DNA of 20,000 nucleotides from an uncultured virus (IMG/VR IMGVR_UViG_3300033487_000001). Its lineage: Duplodnaviria > Heunggongvirae > Uroviricota > Caudoviricetes. A model generated the notes under the pieces. It saw nothing but the letters and a program-made list of their open reading frames with translations. It searched no databases and was not told the DNA's origin. The stretch lies in the IMG/VR virus record IMGVR_UViG_3300033487_000001; one strand, given 5' to 3'. Every line of letters starts with the position of its first letter. The first letter of the stretch is position 1. Positions 15,840 to 20,000 of this stretch are shown one piece after another. Position numbers and translations under genes: made by a program.

Positions 15840-16334
15840 TCACTTCGGCTTCGACCATATGTCGCAGATCCGCTGCCCGGCCTCTTCGACGGTCATGCCC
15901 AGGCTCGCCGGATGGCCATCCGGTGGTTCCGCGCCCATACCGCGCGGCTCGAACGGCGGGCGGACGTCGCTTCGGTCTGGACGCTGCCGCAAACGTATAG
16001 GATCATCCCCTCGTCTCGTATAGATGACCACGTCTGCCTCTTTTGGACTGATTGACTCGACGCTGGTGAGGCGCGCGACAACGACTAGGTAGCCGGCATC
16101 GGCCAGCTCACGCAACAGGGGCATGTCGAGTGTTCCCGGAACGTGCGGCGGACAGCCGATGGGCGTCTGCAGCACCTTAGAGCCGTCGTCGTCGATCGCG
16201 AGCAAACGTGGTTCGTTTTGTGCGATGAGCATCCGCAGCAGCTCCGTTTTCCCGGTCTCCGTCCCGCCTTGGATGACGACGAGGTCTCCGGGTTGAACGT
16301 ACGCGCCCGCGATCATCAATCGGTACTGTCGCAT
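15840..16334 (-). CDS. Small P-loop protein resembling a reduced DnaB/RecA-type core
   Basis: AAGGAG RBS; QPGDLVVIQGGTETGKT (Walker A), LLAIDD, LRELA...VVVARL, EADVVIYTRR. Confidence 0.65.
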   Translation of the reverse strand: MRQYRLMIAGAYVQPGDLVVIQGGTETGKTELLRMLIAQNEPRLLAIDDDGSKVLQTPIGCPPHVPGTLDMPLLRELADAGYLVVVARLTSVESISPKEADVVIYTRRGDDPIRLRQRPDRSDVRPPFEPRGMGAEPPDGHPASLGMTVEEAGQRICDIWSKPK

Positions 16335-16428
16335 CGTGTCTCCTTCGGATATGCAGTGGTCATTGACCCGGCGTGGCGCCGGCGCCTACGGAATGACGTC
16401 GAGTGCGTCCGTGCGCGTAGCGGCGTGC

Positions 16429-16695
16429 TCAGAGTTTCACTTCCTCGGCATATCGCGCGCCGCAGTCGCGGCAGTGGACGGCCAAGTGCTCGGGGCGTGC
16501 GGGCCACAGCCACGATGACGGACGAAAGCGTCGATATCGACGCAAGACGCGCCGGCTGAACAACATCTTGCTGAAGTCGTGGCAGTCCGCGCCGCACTTC
16601 GCGCATGAACCCGCTGGACCGCGAAACGGCAGCATCCGAAAGGTCTCGTGACCGGCCTCGCGCACCGCGAGGTCTCGATACGCAGTGAAGCTCAT
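16429..16695 (-). CDS. Zinc-ribbon protein (CAKCG...CRDCG)
   Basis: ATGA overlap at 16692-16695 (MSFTAYRD) with GAGG upstream. Confidence 0.75.
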   Translation of the reverse strand: MSFTAYRDLAVREAGHETFRMLPFRGPAGSCAKCGADCHDFSKMLFSRRVLRRYRRFRPSSWLWPARPEHLAVHCRDCGARYAEEVKL

Positions 16696-16904
16696 TGATT
16701 CACCCTCGTCACTGTCTCCGACGCGCGTGCTGCGACCGCGCCGGTCGCACGCCGAACCCATCTCGGTACCCGCGGTCTCCCCGCAGCGGCGTCGTGCACG
16801 TCGCCGCACTCTGGACACGGGGGCTGGCGGGGGAAAGGGCGCCAAGCGTACGCGTGGCCATCCGGTACGAACCGCAGATAGCGAGTGTGATACCAGCGCG
16901 TCAC
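16692..16904 (-). CDS. Small hypothetical protein (70 aa, CPECG)
   Basis: GTGA overlap at 16901-16904 (MTRWYHTRYLRF); 3' part of the 257-aa track ORF. Confidence 0.55.
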   Translation of the reverse strand: MTRWYHTRYLRFVPDGHAYAWRPFPRQPPCPECGDVHDAAAGRPRVPRWVRRATGAVAARASETVTRVNQ

Positions 16905-17509
16905 GTTGTCACCCCAACGCGACACGGAAGTAGCTCCGCGAGCGTGGGCGCATCCGGCGCGAGATCGCGCACGATCGCCAAGCAGTCGGCGCACGTCGGC
17001 TCGCAGGTCCGGTACCGCGGGCACACGACGCGCGGCTCGGAGTCGCCCCACGTCGTGCCCCACTGCCCCCACCCCGGCCGCCCGATCGTGCGCAGTAGCG
17101 CCCGCAGCGGCTCCGCCCTGATCACGGCGCGCCACGCGGTGGCACCGTCGCGCTCCCACGCCACCGCGAGCGAGAGCGGCAGGCGCTCGCCGCGGTACAG
17201 GTGCTCCTCGATCGCGTCGATCAGCTCGTGCGGGTCGCGCGTCACGGCATATCCGTCCCATCTGGAGTGCGGCCCCGCGGCGATCGTCGCCAGCGCGGCG
17301 CGGTAGCGCTCCTCGGCCGAGGGCGCGACCGCCCTCGCGCGGCACTCGTCGCACTCGGTGATCACGCCGCGCGCCGTCTCGATCGTCGGCGGCATGATCT
17401 CGGACCACGTGCACTCGTCGGGATCGATCGAGCACGTGGCCTCGCACGGCGCGTCTCTGTAGCACGTCGGGCAGCGGTGGGAGTGGTCGCCGGTCAGCTC
17501 GTCTGGCAT
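16901..17509 (-). CDS. Cys-rich modular hypothetical protein (202 aa)
   Basis: ATG at 17509 (MPDELTG) downstream of GGAGG; CPTC, CDEC and CADC motifs; shares a module with 18206-18787. Confidence 0.75.
   Translation of the reverse strand: MPDELTGDHSHRCPTCYRDAPCEATCSIDPDECTWSEIMPPTIETARGVITECDECRARAVAPSAEERYRAALATIAAGPHSRWDGYAVTRDPHELIDAIEEHLYRGERLPLSLAVAWERDGATAWRAVIRAEPLRALLRTIGRPGWGQWGTTWGDSEPRVVCPRYRTCEPTCADCLAIVRDLAPDAPTLAELLPCRVGVTT
17274..17302. repeat. 29-bp exact direct repeat, copy 1
   Basis: cccgcggcgatcgtcgccagcgcggcgcg, identical to 17639-17667; encodes RAALATIAAG on the minus strand in both genes. Confidence 0.9.
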
Positions 17510-17511
17510 AG

Positions 17512-17901
17512 TCACGTCGTCACCTCCAGTGCGGCGAGCGCAGCACGCGCGATCGCCGTCGGACACCAGGACTGGTGCGGGTCCGCGCCCTCGCCGAGCG
17601 TGCCGCACCAGCAGCACTCGCCGTCCGTCGTGGCCATGCCCGCGGCGATCGTCGCCAGCGCGGCGCGCATCCGGGCGTGCGCGTCCAGGAGCGCGGGCAG
17701 CGCGGTGCCCATAGCGGCAATCGCATTGGCGTCGGCGGGGCCGCGGTTGATGAGCGCCACCAGATCGCGCTCGCCGCGCACGACACCGTCGACCGTGCCC
17801 CACTGCACGCCGTCGACCAGCATAGACCCAACGGTCCACGGTCCGGGCGTAGCGGCGTCGCAGAGCGCCCGCAGCCGCGCGAGCTCGTCGTCACTCAGCA
17901 C
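17512..17901 (-). CDS. Ead/Ea22-like protein with a C-terminal Cys/His finger
   Basis: GGAGG before GTG; ELARLRALCDAATPGPW...DANAIAAM..ALPALLD; CCWC...H..WC. Confidence 0.75.
   Translation of the reverse strand: MLSDDELARLRALCDAATPGPWTVGSMLVDGVQWGTVDGVVRGERDLVALINRGPADANAIAAMGTALPALLDAHARMRAALATIAAGMATTDGECCWCGTLGEGADPHQSWCPTAIARAALAALEVTT
17639..17667. repeat. 29-bp exact direct repeat, copy 2
   Basis: Identical to 17274-17302. Confidence 0.9.
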
Positions 17902-18209
17902 GTGGCACCTCCGTCGCGGCCAGCGCTGCTCTCAGCCGCGCCCTCTGCCATCTCGGCGCGCAGCTGCCTCACCTCGTCAAGCAACACTGGTAGAGCGGTG
18001 CGGGCCGCGGCTATGAACTCCGCGTCGCGGCGGTCTGTCTCGGCCACGGTCACTTCGCCGCGCCCAGTGTCTGCCGTCACGACCCAAGCTGGAGACGGGC
18101 CGCCGGCGCTCGCTGCCCACGGGCCGCCGACGCTCGCTGCCCACGGACCAGGCGTCGCTCCCTTGCAAAGCTTTTGCAGGCGCTTCATCTCGGAATCACT
18201 GATTGTCAT
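17895..18209 (-). CDS. Ead/Ea22-like protein
   Basis: ATGA overlap and GGAGG RBS; LQKLCKGATPGPW...DAEFIAAARTALPVLLDEVRQLR. Confidence 0.8.
   Translation of the reverse strand: MTISDSEMKRLQKLCKGATPGPWAASVGGPWAASAGGPSPAWVVTADTGRGEVTVAETDRRDAEFIAAARTALPVLLDEVRQLRAEMAEGAAESSAGRDGGATC
18097..18144. repeat. 24-bp in-frame tandem duplication (1 mismatch)
   Basis: gggccgccggcgctcgctgcccac followed by gggccgccgacgctcgctgcccac; gives GPWAASVG-GPWAASAG-GP. Confidence 0.9.
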
Positions 18210-18787
18210 GCTGCCCTCCATGCGGCACATGCCGCGGCAATCTCCATGCTAGTCGGCGGCACCGGAACCACGCTCCTGACGGCATCCGCCAGCATGCGCA
18301 TCAGGTCGACGACCGATGCCGCGCCCAACGCAGCGGCGTCGGCGGCGTAAAAGGCGTAGGCGACGGCGCTGACGGCGCAGTCTGCGCTCCATGTGGCGTC
18401 GGCGGCATAACCGGCGGCGAGGACCGCGTAGGCGGCTGGAGTGACATACACGACGCTGGCCGCGTGGTGGGCCTCGGTGGCCGCGCTGAGACAGTCGTCC
18501 TTGGTCGACTCTCCGAGGCACCATGCCTCGGCCGCCTCGATGGCACGGATCGACCTGTGTTCGTCCGCTGGCACATGGACAAGCGATCGGCGCGCGCATG
18601 CGCACGCCGCGCGTACGGCCAGCATGCGATCCACGTACGCCAACACCCGAACCATGGCGCGTGCGTTGGAGTGCGTCCGCCATGCCTCTGCCGCGCCGTG
18701 GTCCCACTCGACAGCCATGAACAGCGGAAAGTCGCCAGCCCTTACGGACTCCGATACCCTGTCTAGCAGCAGATTACTGACCGCCAC
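18206..18787 (-). CDS. Imm5-like Ala-rich helical protein with an extra N-terminal module
   Basis: GGGAG before GTG at 18787; ACACARRSL...DEHRSIRAIEAAEAWCLGE followed by Ala-rich helices matches the D.RP..AI.AA.AW..G pattern. Confidence 0.65.
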   Translation of the reverse strand: MAVSNLLLDRVSESVRAGDFPLFMAVEWDHGAAEAWRTHSNARAMVRVLAYVDRMLAVRAACACARRSLVHVPADEHRSIRAIEAAEAWCLGESTKDDCLSAATEAHHAASVVYVTPAAYAVLAAGYAADATWSADCAVSAVAYAFYAADAAALGAASVVDLMRMLADAVRSVVPVPPTSMEIAAACAAWRAA

Positions 18788-19301
18788 GAGACTCCCCCGT
18801 CGCAGCAAACGCCGCGACCGCGGCATCAAGCGCTTGGCCCGCGTCCCACGCTGCCTGCATCGCATCGGCGCACCCGCGCCGCTCGCACGGAGTCGGCGCG
18901 CCCTCCACGTCGTCGTACCCCGGCGGCTGGTGCCACCGCTCGATGTCGCAGCCGCGGATCACCTCGACCTCGCGGCGCTCGGCCTCGCGGTAACGCCGCG
19001 CTGCGTCGGCGATGGCCTCGGTATGGGCGAGGCGGGTGCGAGCTGAATCCGCTGTTGCCTCTGTGGCCAGCAGCTTGTCAAACAACTGATTGTACCTCGC
19101 AAACAGCCGCTCGTACTCCTTGAGCCACCCGTCCCGGCCGAGGCAGAGATCGGCGCGCCCGGCCTCGGCCGCGGCGAGCTTGGCCCGCAGCGCGCGGATC
19201 TCCGCGCAGAGCTGCGGCGCGTAGCCCGCCAGCGCGCCCGCGTAGTCGCCCTCGCCGTGCTCGATCAGGTACTCGACCGCCTCGATCTCCAGCTCCGTCA
19301 C
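18774..19301 (-). CDS. Hypothetical coiled-coil protein (175 aa)
   Basis: GGAGG and GTGA overlap; PQLCAEIRALRAKL. Confidence 0.75.
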   Translation of the reverse strand: MTELEIEAVEYLIEHGEGDYAGALAGYAPQLCAEIRALRAKLAAAEAGRADLCLGRDGWLKEYERLFARYNQLFDKLLATEATADSARTRLAHTEAIADAARRYREAERREVEVIRGCDIERWHQPPGYDDVEGAPTPCERRGCADAMQAAWDAGQALDAAVAAFAATGESRGGQ

Positions 19302-19639
19302 CTCGCGCCTCCGTCGATCATCATGGCTTTCAGCGCCGCTTCGGCTGCGGCCTGCTCGCGTGACGCGATCTCCAGCTCTCCAGGATCAGTATCGTACAGC
19401 ATGGCTTTGACGTACAACCGCCGCGCCTCCAGGTGCCTCTGCACGGCACTCCACAGCGCATCGCGTGCAGCCTTGACCTCTGCGACTTGGGCACGCAGAC
19501 GACGTATCTCCGCGATCATACGCAGGTCGTCGGTGATGTCGAGATATCCGTCTGTGTCGAGCGCGGTATCCTTCCACCGCGCAAGCTCTTCGTCGGTCGG
19601 CGGCTCGGTCGCACTCGCCACGATCTCTTCGTCGGTCAT
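19298..19639 (-). CDS. Hypothetical protein (113 aa)
   Basis: ATGA overlap at 19636-19639 (MTDEEIV) with AAGGAG upstream; MIAEIRRLR motif. Confidence 0.75.
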   Translation of the reverse strand: MTDEEIVASATEPPTDEELARWKDTALDTDGYLDITDDLRMIAEIRRLRAQVAEVKAARDALWSAVQRHLEARRLYVKAMLYDTDPGELEIASREQAAAEAALKAMMIDGGAR

Positions 19640-19947
19640 TTTTCCGCTCCTTCTCCGGCAAGCGCCGCCAACGCGGCCCTGGCCTCGGTACGCTCGCGTG
19701 CCGCCTGCTCTATTACGAAGTACGGAGACAACGAAAGCAAAACTTCGTCGTACGCGCGCTGGGACGCAAGGTACCGTCGCGCCGCCTCGCGGAGGGCGCC
19801 GAGCGCGCGGCGCGCGTCGACGACGCGAATCTGGTAGACGGTACACACGACGCATCGAGGTCCGTCTTCCAGCGGCGTAGCGTCGCATCGGTCGCATGGC
19901 ACGTCGTGGTCCACACGCCCGCCAGAATCAGTGTTTTCGTCGGACAT
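19636..19947 (-). CDS. Hypothetical protein with N-terminal CDRC...CVVC
   Basis: GGAGG RBS before ATG. Confidence 0.75.
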   Translation of the reverse strand: MSDENTDSGGRVDHDVPCDRCDATPLEDGPRCVVCTVYQIRVVDARRALGALREAARRYLASQRAYDEVLLSLSPYFVIEQAARERTEARAALAALAGEGAEK

Positions 19948-19949
19948 CG

Positions 19950-20000
19950 TCAGCCTCCGAGACGACCCCCCCCCCGCACCGGCCCTCGCCGCCGCTCGGC
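19950..20000 (-). CDS. Probable 3' end of a gene starting outside the window
   Basis: Open frame AERRRGPVRGGGRLGG* ending in TGA two bases before the next ATG; contains a G10 tract. Confidence 0.35.
   Translation of the reverse strand, partial: AERRRGPVRGGGRLGG

Noticed and set aside
16368..16382. GC hairpin CCGGCG-CCA-CGCCGG as an intrinsic terminator
   Set aside because: Short stem, 3-nt loop, no U tract on either side; expected by chance at this GC content.
16383..16428. Possible third copy of the promoter motif (TTCCGTAGG)
   Set aside because: Only CCGTA matches; the AGAA and AAAARCGA blocks are absent and the downstream gene has a normal SD.
167..19880. Long plus-strand ORFs (e.g. 167-880, 850-1671, 5547-6437, 17201-18016)
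   Set aside because: They are antisense shadows of well-supported minus-strand genes in high-GC DNA: Arg/Ser/Pro-rich, no motifs, no consistent RBS.
1..20000. tRNA genes, CRISPR arrays, integrase/att sites, DGR or retron elements, alternative genetic code
   Set aside because: No cloverleafs, regularly spaced repeats, recombinase or reverse transcriptase motifs were seen by eye; genes tile densely under the standard code using all three stops.

Overview
High-GC (roughly 65%) window that reads as the early/accessory region of a large bacteriophage or prophage. About 46 mostly small genes are packed head to tail, all on the minus strand, with many ATGA/GTGA stop-start overlaps and GGAG(G) ribosome-binding sites. 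No structural, lysis, integrase, tRNA or CRISPR features were seen. Recognisable products: a partial HAD phosphatase of the HAD_SAK_2 type, two tandem DEDDh 3'-5' exonucleases, a full-length Rnl2-family RNA ligase, a classical-clade AAA+ ATPase, a DUF6915-like protein with a neighbouring QYTPYFNDGDPC protein, a lipoprotein, two Ead/Ea22-like proteins and an Imm5-like protein. Most notable observations: (i) a multi-block upstream motif repeated at identical spacing in front of two SD-less genes (candidate leaderless, ECF-like or phage-specific promoter); (ii) a MazG-fold protein whose metal-binding glutamates appear replaced by lysines; (iii) a miniature DnaB/RecA-like P-loop protein; (iv) a dispersed RNA end-healing/trimming/sealing toolkit; (v) three tandem paralog pairs and visible module shuffling, including a 29-bp exact in-frame repeat. 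All family calls come from motif recognition by eye, not from database searches.
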